The translations under genes and the position numbers were made by a program. Positions 19,698 through 30,789 of a DNA stretch of 64,000 bases are shown here, one piece after another. Below the pieces are notes generated by a model. It did no database searches, was not told the DNA's origin, and saw only the letters and a program-made list of their open reading frames with translations. Position 1 is the first letter of the stretch; each line of letters opens with the position of its first letter. This DNA is from Spirochaetota bacterium (GTDB lineage Bacteria; Spirochaetota; UBA12135; COTS27; CAXSBA01): NCBI GenBank assembly GCA_965277105.1, contig OZ255710.1, forward strand, positions 875,236 through 939,235, read 5' to 3'.

Positions 19698-20864
19698 TTA
19701 ATCTAAATCATCAAAAAAATCATCAGCTAAAGAATCTTGTTTTTGAGCATTTGCTTTTTTTGATTTTTCTTGATTAGCAGAATCTTCTTTTTCCACCGAT
19801 GCGTTATTATCGGTTTTTATCTCTGCATCTCCTTTTTCTTTTTCTTGATTTTCTTTCTTTAACTCTGCTAAGATTTTTTTTTCAATTTCCTGATAAAGCA
19901 CAGAATTTTTTCTCAAGTAATTAAGGCAGTTCTCTTGCCCCTGGCCAATCCTCTCTCCTCCATAAGAAAACCACGAGCCTGACTTATTAACAATATCAAA
20001 CTTGACCGCTAAACTTAAAACCTCATTATCTCGAGACACTCCTTTACCATAAATAATCATCGTTTCAGCAACTCGAAAAGGAGGAGAAACTTTATTCTTA
20101 ACAACTTTAACTTTCACTTTAGTCCCATAAGTCTCATCATCTTTTTTCAAGGCTTCACCTTTTCTGATATCTAGGCGAATAGTAGAGTAAAATTTCAAAG
20201 CGTTTCCTCCGGTTGTGGTTTCTGGATTACCAAACATAACTCCAATTTTCATCCTAAGCTGATTAATAAAAATAAGAGTGGTATTGCTTTTGGACAAATG
20301 CCCGGTTATCTTTCGAAGTGCTTGGCTCATAAGCCTAGCTTGTAAGGCCATCTGCGCGTCTCCCATATTCCCTTCAATTTCTGCTTTAGGAGTTAAAGCA
20401 GCAACACTATCAACAACAATAACATCAACTGAACTAGAGCAAACTAGGCTATCGACTATTTCTAAAGCTTGCTCGCCATTTTCTGGTTGGGATAAATAAA
20501 GGCTATCGATATTTACTCCAATATTAGCCGCATATTTAATATCCAAAGCATGCTCCGCATCAATGAAAGCACAAACACCATTTTTTTTCTGGGCCTCAGC
20601 TACCGCATGAAGGGCAAAGGTGGTTTTCCCCGAGGATTCAGGGCCGTAGATTTCAACAATTCTCCCTTTAGGATAACCACCAATCCCGAGAGCATCATCT
20701 AAAATTAACGAACCAGAAGAAAAAACTTCAATATTTTGATCTTTTTTATAATCCCCCATTTTCATAACAGCCCCTTTACCATAGGTTTTCTCTAAACTTT
20801 TTATGGTATCTTCCAAGCTAAGTTTTTTATTTTCTTTTTTATTATTTTTCTTGTCGTTTTTCAT
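19698..20864 (-). CDS. recA: Recombinase RecA
   Basis: [51 protein letters not shown]. Confidence 0.98.
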   Translation of the reverse strand: MKNDKKNNKKENKKLSLEDTIKSLEKTYGKGAVMKMGDYKKDQNIEVFSSGSLILDDALGIGGYPKGRIVEIYGPESSGKTTFALHAVAEAQKKNGVCAFIDAEHALDIKYAANIGVNIDSLYLSQPENGEQALEIVDSLVCSSSVDVIVVDSVAALTPKAEIEGNMGDAQMALQARLMSQALRKITGHLSKSNTTLIFINQLRMKIGVMFGNPETTTGGNALKFYSTIRLDIRKGEALKKDDETYGTKVKVKVVKNKVSPPFRVAETMIIYGKGVSRDNEVLSLAVKFDIVNKSGSWFSYGGERIGQGQENCLNYLRKNSVLYQEIEKKILAELKKENQEKEKGDAEIKTDNNASVEKEDSANQEKSKKANAQKQDSLADDFFDDLD

Positions 20865-21775
20865 AATGGTGTTTTATCCTTTTCTTTTAAAAGCGTCAGC
20901 AAATTATTGTAACGAAATTTATAATTAACGTTAATCAATTTTTGTGGTTTAATAAAAGGAATATTTAATAAAAGGCTACTCCTTTCTCGCAAAAAAAATT
21001 GTAATATAAAGTTGGGCATTTTAAATAAAATTGGCCTTCTTAAAAATTTTGCTATAATTTTATAAAATTCATCATTAGAAAGCAACTCGGGATTGACTAG
21101 ATTAATCGCTCCGTTGATTTTTTTATTGCTAATAATTTCTTTTATTATAAAAGGAATTTCTCTAAGGGCCACCCAAGGAAAAGCATCTTCTCGGTTACCC
21201 ATTATCCCTCCTAAAAAAAAACGGTAAGAGCGTAAAATATTTTTTAGAATAGCTTGATGAGGATCAATCACCACTCCAATTCTCAGTAAAACCACTCGAG
21301 AACCTGGTAATTTTTTAGTTAAAGCACTGGCGGATTTTTCCCAAGCCACGCAAAGGTGGGCAGCAAAATCTTTATTAGGCAAACTATTTTCAGTTAAAGC
21401 GTTACTTTTAAAGTTACGTAAATTACCATAAAAGCCAATTGCCGAAGCATTGATCAGCGTTTTATCTTTTTGTTGCTCGCTAATAATTTGAACCACTTTA
21501 TTGGTAAAATCAACTCTACTAGTTTCTAAGGCTTTTTTCCTATTAGGAGTCCAAGCTTTTTTTAAAATGTTTTCTCCTACCAAATTAATAATAATGGCAT
21601 TTTCTTTAATCGCTAAAGGTAGTTCTTCAAACGGGTAAAAAGTAACGCCAGCTTTTTTCGTAATATTTTTCCACTTCCGAGAAACAATAGAAAGCTCGTT
21701 TTCTCCCTTTAAGACACGGACTATTTCACTGCCAATAAAACCAGAACCACCTAAGACAACAATCTTATTTTTCAT
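20861..21775 (-). CDS. TIGR01777/YfcH-family NAD-dependent epimerase
   Basis: [42 protein letters not shown]. Confidence 0.8.
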   Translation of the reverse strand: MKNKIVVLGGSGFIGSEIVRVLKGENELSIVSRKWKNITKKAGVTFYPFEELPLAIKENAIIINLVGENILKKAWTPNRKKALETSRVDFTNKVVQIISEQQKDKTLINASAIGFYGNLRNFKSNALTENSLPNKDFAAHLCVAWEKSASALTKKLPGSRVVLLRIGVVIDPHQAILKNILRSYRFFLGGIMGNREDAFPWVALREIPFIIKEIISNKKINGAINLVNPELLSNDEFYKIIAKFLRRPILFKMPNFILQFFLRERSSLLLNIPFIKPQKLINVNYKFRYNNLLTLLKEKDKTPL

Positions 21776-22502
21776 TTTTTTTTTGTACTCCTACTAAAGC
21801 ATAAAGCGATTGCGGGGTTAACTCCGAGTGGGCGATTTCTTCAGCCTGCATTCTGAAACCTATTTGCTCGAATTGCTTTTGCCAATCTTTTTTAGAAAAA
21901 ATACCACAAGTAATGCTATCTCGCTCTACTCGGCACTGGTTTTTTTCTTTTAAGAGATAAACGTATTCTACATTGACTACATTATCTCGAGGGTTTTTAT
22001 CAAAAGACCATTCTAAAAAACGAATTCCCTTACTTTTCCTACTGGTTCCTCCCGTTTGGATTTCGTCTTGCTTAAACGTCTCTTTTAAAAAGTCGGGGAC
22101 AATCAAAAGCAAACCATCGTCTTTTAAATGCCTTTTGGCTGTCAGGAAAACCTTGGTTAAATCTTTTTTCGTTTGGATATGACAGATAGCATCGTGAATA
22201 AATACTAAGTCAAACTTTTTAGCTAAATCCGCGTCTCGCATATCTCCTAAATGATGAGGACACTCGGGGTTGAGTTTTTTACTTATTTTTAACATATCAG
22301 AAGAAGCATCTAAAAGGGTCATAGCCAATTTATTTTTAAAATAAAAAGCATTACTTCCCCCGCCACTGCCTAATTCCAACCCCTCTTTTAGATTTTTTTT
22401 GTAACTAAAAATAATACTTAATAATAAATCAGCTTCCTCTTCATATTCTTCTACTGGTGATAATAAAGACCACCACTTAGCAAGACTAGTATAGAGTTTC
22501 AT
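21765..22502 (-). CDS. Class I SAM-dependent methyltransferase
   Basis: LELGSGGG, D.S..ML, GDMRD, FDLVFIHDA. Confidence 0.85.
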   Translation of the reverse strand: MKLYTSLAKWWSLLSPVEEYEEEADLLLSIIFSYKKNLKEGLELGSGGGSNAFYFKNKLAMTLLDASSDMLKISKKLNPECPHHLGDMRDADLAKKFDLVFIHDAICHIQTKKDLTKVFLTAKRHLKDDGLLLIVPDFLKETFKQDEIQTGGTSRKSKGIRFLEWSFDKNPRDNVVNVEYVYLLKEKNQCRVERDSITCGIFSKKDWQKQFEQIGFRMQAEEIAHSELTPQSLYALVGVQKKNEK

Positions 22503-22589
22503 TGATTATAACTTTTTTATAATTGTATCATCTTCTTCTCTCTTTTTTACTTAAGTTATTTACTAGTATCTAATAATATTCATTGGGGT

Positions 22590-25169
22590 TTATTTTTTTT
22601 CTATAGATAATTTATCTTCTTTTACATCTAATAGGAGATTCCCCTCAGAATTATCATGGGCAAATAAGTAACTAGCTAAGGGATTAATCATTTCCTTTTC
22701 AATTATTCTTTTTAAATTCCTCGCCCCATATTTTGAGTTATACCCATTGTAACAGAGGTAGTTTTTAAGGTTATCATTAACAATAATATTGATCCCTTGA
22801 TTCTGCAATTTTCTTTTATAGTAATCCACTTCTAAGTCGAAGATTTTTTTAGTATGCTCTAAGCTAAGGGGCTCAAAAACAACAATATCACCAATCCGGT
22901 TAATAAACTCCGAAGTGAAAAACTCATTGAGGATTTTGTCAATTCCCTTCAAGAAATTTTTATAACTTTTTTTATCTTTGGTTTGATTAAGAAAGTAATT
23001 CTCTTCAATATAGTGGCTAGCTAAATTGCTCGTCATGATAACAATGGTATTTTTAAAGTTAATAACATTTCCCTGATTATCGGTTAATCTCCCATCATCT
23101 AATATTTGTAATAAAACATTCACCACTTCCTTGTGAGCTTTTTCAATTTCGTCAAATAAAATAACCGAATAAGGATTACGGCGGACTTGCTCACTTAAAA
23201 ATCCTGCTTCTTCATAACCAACATATCCCGGAGGAGAGCCAATTAGTTTAGAGATGCTGTGGGCCTCCCGGTACTCTGACATATCGAGACGAATCATTTT
23301 ACTTTCGTCGGCAAATAAAGTTTGCGCTAAGGCTTTGGCGGTAGCGGTTTTCCCCACACCAGTTGGTCCTAAGAAGAGGAAAGTACCAAGTGGTTTATCT
23401 TCATCATTAAGCCCCACCCGTGATCTTCGAATCGCGCTAGCAATACTTTTTAAAGCATTCTCTTGGTGAATAATTTTTTGGGCTAAAACTTGTTCCAAAT
23501 GATGAATTTTATTCTTTTCTTCGTGATACATTTTTTTAACTGGGATACCAGTCCATTTAACCACTACTTCCCTTATGTTTTCTTCCCCCACTATTTTCCT
23601 TAAAAAATCTTCTTGTGGTTTGTTCTTAGCTAGTTTAGCTAACTCTTGTTGCAGCTTTAATTTTTCTCCATAACGAATCTGAGCCACTTTTTCTAAATTT
23701 CCCTCGCGCTCAGCCACTACTTCTTCCCCGTTAAGTTTTTCAATTTCACTTTTTAAACGGCTAACCAATTGATGATAATTTTTTTCTCTTTGCCATTGTT
23801 TTTTTTCTTCTTTATATTCTTCTATTAAATTTTCTTTTTCTTTCTTTAAAGAAACTATTTTTTCTTGATTGGTTTTTTTAAAATTTTTTTCTTTCATTAA
23901 ACCTTTTATTTCTATTTCTAACTGGGCGATTTTTCTTTCTTTTAAATCGATACTCTCGGGCATGCTGTCAATATCCACTTTTAATTTAGCACAAGCTTCA
24001 TCAATTAAATCAATTGCCTTATCGGGTAAAAACCGGCCCCCAATATAGCGGTGGGATAATTTCACTGCACTCTCAATGGCTTCTTCACCAATAATCACTT
24101 GATGAAAAAGTTCGTACTTTTCTTTTAATCCTCGTAAAATAGAAATGCTATCTTCTATCGATGGCTCTTTAATCACAATACTCTGCAGCCTTCTTTCCAA
24201 AGCGCTATCTTTCTCAATATATTTTTTATGCTCACTCAAGGTAGTCGCTCCAATTAAACGAAACATTCCCCTACCCAAAGCTGGCTTCAAAAGATTAGCC
24301 GCATCCATAGCCCCATCAATTTTTCCTGCGCCAATTAACAAATGAACTTCATCGATAAAAAGAATCACTTGATCTTTGTTTTTTTCTAAAAATTGAATAA
24401 TTTTTTTTAGACGATCTTCAAACTCCCCCCGGTACTTGGTCCCCGCGATTAAGGAGCCTAGATTTAAACTAAGCAGGGTAATGTTTTTTAATTTCTCCGG
24501 AACATCTTCTCGAATAATTCTTCTAGCCAATCCTTCCACCACCGCGGTTTTGCCTACTCCCGGCTCCCCAATTAAAATGGGGTTATTCTTACTCCTCCTC
24601 GATAAAATTTCAATCACTCGACGAATCTCTTCTTCACGAGCAATCACTGGATCAATTTTTTCGTCTCGGGCCAAAGCCGTTAAATCAGTTGTAAAACTCT
24701 TAATAAATTTATCACCAGTTAAAGGATTGTTTTCATTGACCGCTTCTTTGGTAAGCTCTTCAATGCTTTTTTGAATCACCGGATAACTCACCTTTCTCTC
24801 AATTAAATAGTTCATCATTTCTCGTTCTTTAAAAAAAGCTAAGAACAAATGCTCGGTGGCAATAAATTCTTTATGAGCATTTTTAGCCTCTAAAAAAGCG
24901 TTTTGCAATAACCCTTGACTCTGGTGAGAAAACTCTATTTTACTCCCTTGAGTTACTGTGGGAATTTTAACTAAAAAGTTATTTTCTAAATGATTTTTAA
25001 AATCATCAACATTTATTTTTAAATTTTCTAAAATCAAACCAAGGTACTCGCTTTTTCCTATTAGAGTAACGAGAATATGAATAGGCTCCACTGCCCCGTG
25101 TTTTTTTTCCTGTGTCAAAACTTGAGTTTGGATTAATATTTCTTGAGCTTTTTCTGTTAATGGGTACAT
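22590..25169 (-). CDS. clpB: Chaperone ClpB
   Basis: Two AAA modules (GEPGVGKT, GPTGVGKT), RFLPDKAIDL, middle coiled-coil domain, GSPPGYVGY. Confidence 0.93.
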   Translation of the reverse strand: MYPLTEKAQEILIQTQVLTQEKKHGAVEPIHILVTLIGKSEYLGLILENLKINVDDFKNHLENNFLVKIPTVTQGSKIEFSHQSQGLLQNAFLEAKNAHKEFIATEHLFLAFFKEREMMNYLIERKVSYPVIQKSIEELTKEAVNENNPLTGDKFIKSFTTDLTALARDEKIDPVIAREEEIRRVIEILSRRSKNNPILIGEPGVGKTAVVEGLARRIIREDVPEKLKNITLLSLNLGSLIAGTKYRGEFEDRLKKIIQFLEKNKDQVILFIDEVHLLIGAGKIDGAMDAANLLKPALGRGMFRLIGATTLSEHKKYIEKDSALERRLQSIVIKEPSIEDSISILRGLKEKYELFHQVIIGEEAIESAVKLSHRYIGGRFLPDKAIDLIDEACAKLKVDIDSMPESIDLKERKIAQLEIEIKGLMKEKNFKKTNQEKIVSLKKEKENLIEEYKEEKKQWQREKNYHQLVSRLKSEIEKLNGEEVVAEREGNLEKVAQIRYGEKLKLQQELAKLAKNKPQEDFLRKIVGEENIREVVVKWTGIPVKKMYHEEKNKIHHLEQVLAQKIIHQENALKSIASAIRRSRVGLNDEDKPLGTFLFLGPTGVGKTATAKALAQTLFADESKMIRLDMSEYREAHSISKLIGSPPGYVGYEEAGFLSEQVRRNPYSVILFDEIEKAHKEVVNVLLQILDDGRLTDNQGNVINFKNTIVIMTSNLASHYIEENYFLNQTKDKKSYKNFLKGIDKILNEFFTSEFINRIGDIVVFEPLSLEHTKKIFDLEVDYYKRKLQNQGINIIVNDNLKNYLCYNGYNSKYGARNLKRIIEKEMINPLASYLFAHDNSEGNLLLDVKEDKLSIEKK

Positions 25170-25237
25170 AGTTTTTTTCCTTTTTAATTATTTTTCTAAA
25201 ATATATGTAGCAAAAACCGTGCCAATTTATTAAAAAA

Positions 25238-27166
25238 CTACCAATTGCCACTAAGCATTAAAGATAAATACAATTCTTTTTCTAGTGAATCCCAATTGTA
25301 ATTTCTATTCTCATTTGTTTTAAAAATAAATCCTAAATCTAACTCTAACCGCACTGCTTTATGAAACTTCAAAACGTTCCCCCAGAAAAACCAAAACGAA
25401 TCGTTTTGTAAAGAAATAAAATCAACAAACAATGTATTGTGAAAATAAAAAAAAGCAATATTGTTTTCTTCTTCTCTCCCCCAGCCTAGTTTAAAACTAG
25501 TAAGGTAATTGTTTAGAATTGTTGTGCTATTATTAATTTCCCATAAAGTGTCAACGGTGTCTTGATTAACGCGCAAAAAAGTTTTTAAATACCAATCCCA
25601 CTCATTTTTTTTTATCCCGTTATAAAAAGTAAAATTAATTTTTTCATTGGTTAACCCGCTTTCTAAGTTGCTTCTCGCTTTAAAATAATAACCCACTTCA
25701 CTTCGCCAACTGGTTTCAAAAAGAGCGTTAAAAATAAAATCGTTCTCATTAAACATCCTCTTAGCATAATCTAGTGTAAGGCTCATCCGCACTTTATTGA
25801 TTTTCACCGAAAGCGAAGACAAAACCCCTAGTTCGTTTTTTTTATCACTAAAGGCTGTGTAAAGATTATTATGAAGAGCGGTATAATTTTCATCCAAAAC
25901 CCTTAGGGTAATAGTAGCCGAAAAATTATCTTCAATGACTTTAATCCCTTGATAAAAAGCATAAGTTAGCAAATAACTTTTCTCTTTAGTATAAATAGCA
26001 TTTTCATATTCTTCTTTAAAAAGCAAAACTGTTTCTCCAAAAAAAATAAAGTAAGGGTTTAGATAATCCCAAGCCACACTCCAGCCATAACTACCTTCCC
26101 CATAAGGTTCTCCTGAAGAAATAACTGGATGAGTAAACCGAGTAGCAACAAAGCTAGTGCTGAGTTTGAGGTTAGGAAAAATATATTCTAAATAAAAACC
26201 AATGATTGTTTCTTTTAAAGAATTCTCTCCAAGAGAAAAATCACTTTTTTCATTAAAGTTGAAACTCTTACTGTAAGTTAACCCGGGATAAAGTGGATTA
26301 TTCGTAGAAAGTGTTAGATGATAAAGGTAATTCCCCCCAAATAAAAATAACCTTAAATTTTGCCAAAAATACTCAAAAGCCACCCCGGCGTAATAAACCT
26401 CTCTCTTACTCTTACTAGCCGCTACTCTACTACTACTACGATAGCCTCCATTTTTATTAAGGTAATTAGAATAACTAGGGTTTTTGGTAGAAAACAAGAG
26501 GTTTTGATTAATTTCAATATCCAAGGCTCCCAAGTAAAGGCGCCAACTCGCTTCTAATTGAAGAGCAAGGCTTAACTTAAAAAAATCAAAAAAGTCGTGC
26601 TCGTCAATATCTTTTTCTAAGAAAAGATGAAAGTTTAAAAGAAAATCATCTTTTTCGTAAAACAAGTTATAGAGATTTCTAACTTGATAAGTTTTTATTT
26701 TATCCGCTTCTTCGTCTAAGAGATTTTTATTTTTAAAGCCAATTTTATACTCTGCTTTTAAAGGAGAATCTTCTTTACTAAAACTAACGAAACGAATAAA
26801 GTTCTTAAAAACATCCAAGCTCTCTTCAGCAATAATGCCCATTGTTTTTAAATCTTCTCTCTTTTGAATAACCTGTTTATTTTTAAGTGTTAGCAAAGCT
26901 TTTTTTTCGTCTTCACTTAAAAAGAAAAAAGCATCTAAATCGTCTTCGGTTAGTTTTGAAAAGACTAAGGGGTTATAATAAAAAAATTCTAGTTTTAATA
27001 AATTTTCTCTTTGCTGCTCGAAAAAATCTTCTTCTTGGTAGTCAAGTAAAGGGGTAACGATTGAGCTAAAACTAGGGCGAGTATTATAAAAGCTATTTTG
27101 GGCTAATAAAGAAAATTGAAAAAAGAGCACGAATGAAAGGAGTAAAAAGCCCGTTTTTCTAGACAT
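25238..27166 (-). CDS. Exported protein: degenerate helix-hairpin-helix (ComEA-like) N-terminus plus probable outer-membrane beta-barrel
   Basis: Signal peptide; NPLVFSKLTEDDLDAFFFLSEDEKKALL..REDLKTMGII; aromatic-rich alternating strands; terminal Trp. Confidence 0.5.
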   Translation of the reverse strand: MSRKTGFLLLSFVLFFQFSLLAQNSFYNTRPSFSSIVTPLLDYQEEDFFEQQRENLLKLEFFYYNPLVFSKLTEDDLDAFFFLSEDEKKALLTLKNKQVIQKREDLKTMGIIAEESLDVFKNFIRFVSFSKEDSPLKAEYKIGFKNKNLLDEEADKIKTYQVRNLYNLFYEKDDFLLNFHLFLEKDIDEHDFFDFFKLSLALQLEASWRLYLGALDIEINQNLLFSTKNPSYSNYLNKNGGYRSSSRVAASKSKREVYYAGVAFEYFWQNLRLFLFGGNYLYHLTLSTNNPLYPGLTYSKSFNFNEKSDFSLGENSLKETIIGFYLEYIFPNLKLSTSFVATRFTHPVISSGEPYGEGSYGWSVAWDYLNPYFIFFGETVLLFKEEYENAIYTKEKSYLLTYAFYQGIKVIEDNFSATITLRVLDENYTALHNNLYTAFSDKKNELGVLSSLSVKINKVRMSLTLDYAKRMFNENDFIFNALFETSWRSEVGYYFKARSNLESGLTNEKINFTFYNGIKKNEWDWYLKTFLRVNQDTVDTLWEINNSTTILNNYLTSFKLGWGREEENNIAFFYFHNTLFVDFISLQNDSFWFFWGNVLKFHKAVRLELDLGFIFKTNENRNYNWDSLEKELYLSLMLSGNW

Positions 27167-27339
27167 AATTTTTTATAGGAATTATAAAAAATTATATGAT
27201 AAAGAGATGATGGTTTTTTATTTTAAAGATAAAAATTTTGAAAAAATTTACTTCAGTTTCTTTTTATTTTTTTTCTGGATTTTCTAGGAGTAGCTTTTTA
27301 GCCATCTGCCAAAAAACCCAAAAAATCCAAAAAATATTT

Positions 27340-27978
27340 TTAAGATTTTTTTCCTCTCCTTTTTTTTAATCTCAAAGTAGAATGAACTATAAAATAAGCT
27401 AAAAGCAGTGTTACAATTAGTAGTATTATAGCAATGATAGAAATAATAAATAGTTTATAAAAACCATTATAAAAAATCACAAAGTTACAAATTAAAAAGA
27501 TGATACTTTTAAATATTAAAACTAACCAAAGTATAGTTGTTAAAACACTCATCCAAATAGCTAAACGACTAAGAGAAAAACGCCAATCCCATTTATCATC
27601 CCATTTAATGTCTTCATTTATATTAGTTGATCTTTTAATTAGAGGCTCTATCTTTATACCTCTTTCTCCCCTTTCAAATTCATCAACTACCTTTTCCCAA
27701 GCCTTTTGCCAATATTTACTACTAAAATTGACTAACACCCACACAAAAGAGCAGAGAAATCCCCAGCAAGCAATTATTAAAGGATAAAGATTATTAATTT
27801 CTGATGGATTATCTTTTATTAAAGAAAGGGACTCAAAATAAACCAAAAAAGCTATAGCTATGAATCCCCAAAAGAATAAAGAGCGTTTCCAAAGTAGGTT
27901 TATTTCAAGAGCGCGTATTTCTATTGCTTTTTCGTATTGACGAAATAATCTTTCTTCTTTTTCTTTTTTACTTACCAT
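27340..27978 (-). CDS. Hypothetical multi-pass membrane protein (R..EI.L.WKR..FFW motif)
   Basis: 212 aa, about 4 TM segments, Trp-rich motifs WKRSLFFWGF and SKYWQKAWE; very AT-rich. Confidence 0.7.
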   Translation of the reverse strand: MVSKKEKEERLFRQYEKAIEIRALEINLLWKRSLFFWGFIAIAFLVYFESLSLIKDNPSEINNLYPLIIACWGFLCSFVWVLVNFSSKYWQKAWEKVVDEFERGERGIKIEPLIKRSTNINEDIKWDDKWDWRFSLSRLAIWMSVLTTILWLVLIFKSIIFLICNFVIFYNGFYKLFIISIIAIILLIVTLLLAYFIVHSTLRLKKRRGKKS

Positions 27979-28052
27979 GTCATACTAACAAAAACTTGTT
28001 ATGGAGTAAGTCATTAGCATTCTACAAATAAACTTATATTACTAAAAACACC

Positions 28053-28970
28053 TCACACCTTCCCTTTCCAAGGAACAACTAAAGATTCGATAAAACGCAT
28101 AAGTAGATCAAAGGTAAAGGCAATAAACCCAATCACGATAATCCCCATAATAACCACATTAGTAGTGAGAAAATCAGAGGCACTTTTTATCATAGCTCCC
28201 AGCCCATATTTAGCGGCTACCAGCTCAGCAGCTACTAAAGTCGTCCACCCAAAACCAATACCAATCCGCATACCCGTTAAAATCTCTGGCATAGCCCCTT
28301 TTAAAATAACTTGAGTAATAACTTGAAATTTACTAGCCCCTAAGGAATAAGCAACATAAATTTGTTCAATGGGAACGGACCGGACTCCTGCTCTAGTGTT
28401 GAGCACCATAGGAGCAAAAATCGCTAGGAAAATAAGAATAACTTTTGCTTCCTCATCAATCCCAAACCAAATAACCGTAAGCGGAAGATAAGCCAAAGGA
28501 GGGATAGGCCGATAAAACTCAATAGGCGGATCGAAAAAGCCTTTGATAGTCGCGTTAAAACCCATCATCACGCCTAGTGGTATAGCTGTCAAAATAGCTA
28601 AAAAAAAAGCACTAAAAACCCGAAACATACTCCAGTAAGTATGCTCAAAAAGGGTTCCTCCACTAAACTCTTCTCGAGAAACGTCAATAAAAGTCTTGAC
28701 CACAACCTGTGGGGAAGGTAAGAAAAGCGGTCGAACTAATGAGGTTTTGGGGATTACTTCTCCTTCATAAAATTCATCACCGAGATCAGTAACGTAAATT
28801 TTTTCATTATCATCAGTGACAATGACTTCTACTTCTTGCTCGAAAAGTGGGAGTGTGGCTAGGTACCATAGGGCTAAGAAAAAAAAAGCAGAAAAAATAC
28901 TTACAATAAAACTATTACCTTGACCGGGAATTCCAAATTGCTTGATTTTTAATTTATTCTTTTTCTTCAT
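28053..28970 (-). CDS. tauC: Taurine ABC transporter permease
   Basis: LFLPSP, FDPPIEFYRPIPPLAYLPL, GWTTLVAAEL. Confidence 0.9.
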   Translation of the reverse strand: MKKKNKLKIKQFGIPGQGNSFIVSIFSAFFFLALWYLATLPLFEQEVEVIVTDDNEKIYVTDLGDEFYEGEVIPKTSLVRPLFLPSPQVVVKTFIDVSREEFSGGTLFEHTYWSMFRVFSAFFLAILTAIPLGVMMGFNATIKGFFDPPIEFYRPIPPLAYLPLTVIWFGIDEEAKVILIFLAIFAPMVLNTRAGVRSVPIEQIYVAYSLGASKFQVITQVILKGAMPEILTGMRIGIGFGWTTLVAAELVAAKYGLGAMIKSASDFLTTNVVIMGIIVIGFIAFTFDLLMRFIESLVVPWKGKV

Positions 28971-29772
28971 ATTGATAAATTATATTAAGTATTTTCTCGC
29001 GCATTTTAACAAATTTTGGTTCAGATTTGATATCCCGACTAGATTTCCCATTAAAAAATTCTTTAGAAAAATTAACATCAAAAACTTCTTCTATCCTACC
29101 AGGCCGAGGGGACATAATAATCAGCTTAGTAGCCATAAATAACGCTTCTTCAACGCTATGGGTAATGAAAAAAACCATTTTTTTACTGTCAGCCCAAACT
29201 TTTAAAATTAACTCTTGTAAGTTTTCTCTAGTAAGGGCGTCCAACGCCCCCAAAGGCTCGTCCATCAAAAGCATATCCGGATCTGCCGCTAAAGCCCGAG
29301 CGATTCCCACCCTTTGCTGCATTCCCCCAGAAATTTGATAGACTTTATGATTTTTAAAATCTTTGAGCCCTACTAGATCAAGATTTTTGGTAACTATTTC
29401 TTCTATTTCGTGGTTAGCTAATTTCTTTTGTAACTTTAACCCAAAAGCCACATTATCATGAACGTTAAGCCAAGGCAAGAGGGCGTGCTTTTGAAAAACC
29501 ACACCTCGCTGAGAGCCTGGCTTGGTAATATCTTTTTCTTCTCCAGCGTTATCTTTAAAATAAATTCTCCCAGTATTGGGTTTAAGGAAACCAGCGATTA
29601 TATTGAGAAGGGTCGTTTTTCCACAACCCGAAGCCCCAATAGCAACGACAAATTCTTGAGGATTAATTGTTAGATTAATCTCTTTAAGGGCTAAAGTTTC
29701 CTGATCGTCGTTAAGACCAGGAAACCTTACAGTTATGTTATCAATAACTAATTTTTTATTCTTGTCACTCAC
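28954..29772 (-). CDS. tauB: Taurine ABC transporter ATP-binding protein
   Basis: GASGCGKTT, RGVVFQKHALLPW, ISGGMQQRVG, MDEPLGALD, ITHSVEEA. Confidence 0.9.
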   Translation of the reverse strand: MSDKNKKLVIDNITVRFPGLNDDQETLALKEINLTINPQEFVVAIGASGCGKTTLLNIIAGFLKPNTGRIYFKDNAGEEKDITKPGSQRGVVFQKHALLPWLNVHDNVAFGLKLQKKLANHEIEEIVTKNLDLVGLKDFKNHKVYQISGGMQQRVGIARALAADPDMLLMDEPLGALDALTRENLQELILKVWADSKKMVFFITHSVEEALFMATKLIIMSPRPGRIEEVFDVNFSKEFFNGKSSRDIKSEPKFVKMREKILNIIYQYEEKE

Positions 29773-29787
29773 AAAACATTTAAAGTT

Positions 29788-30789
29788 TTATTTGAGTTTC
29801 ATAGCTGCTTTTACATAGTCAGCCGTTACATACCTAGCGTAGCTCCTTTGAACTTTAGGGATTTTTTTCTGCTCTTTTAAGAATTTAGAAGTTTCGGTTA
29901 ATGCTACTACCGCTCCCGATTTTCTACCACCACCTAACCATTGGCTAGAGGCTTGTTCTTCCAAGCTAGGAAAAGCGTAAAGCGCTAAGGTTGCCGGAAC
30001 GTCTTCTTTGTTAGCTCCGCTAAGCTTAGCAATTGCCGCTACTTGCGGTGAGTTCGCATGCCAAGCATCTGGGTTATTGCGATAAGAAGCATCAGTGTCA
30101 GCTATTATCTTCACAAACTTTGCCATAAACCCTTTATTAGCTTTTCCCCATTTTCTATCCACCACTAAACCATCAAAGGTTGCTTTCCCCTGAGCGCTAA
30201 GCTCACCAGAAGTAATCAAAACTTTACCGGTTTTTTTAATATTCGCTAAAACAGGATCCCAAATAAAAGCAGCATCAATATCCCCATTACTCCAAGGGGC
30301 TATCATAGTTGGTGGCTGCAAGTTTTTAATATCAACTTGATTAGGGTCAATTTTATTAAGCTCTAAAGCAAACATAAGGTGAAAATGAGTAGTCGAACCA
30401 AAAGGAACCGCAACGGTTTTACCCACTAAGTCTTTAGGGGCATTGATGCCTGATCCGTTTCTTACCACTAAGGCCTCAGCTTCGTTAATGTCTTCAGCAA
30501 TCCAGAAAAGCTGGGCATCAATCCCTTGGCTAACCATAGCAGCTATCGGGCTAGAACCCGCTAGAGCGATTTGAACTTTCCTTGATGCCATGGCGGGAGC
30601 AACTTCTCCCCCGGACTCAAATCTTCGCCACTCAATATCATAGCCAGTTTCTTTTTCAAACGTACCTTGATCGATAGCATATTTCCAAGGATTATTAATG
30701 CCTTGATAACCAATAGTAACTTTTTGAGCGGCTAAACTTAAAAAGAAGCTTAACGCCAAAAAAAGTATTATTTTCTTGTAATTAATCAT
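29788..30789 (-). CDS. tauA: Taurine ABC transporter substrate-binding protein
   Basis: VTIGYQ, WRRFESG, GSSP, EALVVR, PFGSTTHF, DAAFIWDP; RBS GGAGG. Confidence 0.9.
   Translation of the reverse strand: MINYKKIILFLALSFFLSLAAQKVTIGYQGINNPWKYAIDQGTFEKETGYDIEWRRFESGGEVAPAMASRKVQIALAGSSPIAAMVSQGIDAQLFWIAEDINEAEALVVRNGSGINAPKDLVGKTVAVPFGSTTHFHLMFALELNKIDPNQVDIKNLQPPTMIAPWSNGDIDAAFIWDPVLANIKKTGKVLITSGELSAQGKATFDGLVVDRKWGKANKGFMAKFVKIIADTDASYRNNPDAWHANSPQVAAIAKLSGANKEDVPATLALYAFPSLEEQASSQWLGGGRKSGAVVALTETSKFLKEQKKIPKVQRSYARYVTADYVKAAMKLK

Noticed and set aside
19698-19860. Charged low-complexity RecA C-terminal tail
   Set aside because: Variable acidic tails are normal in RecA, and there is no intein signature.
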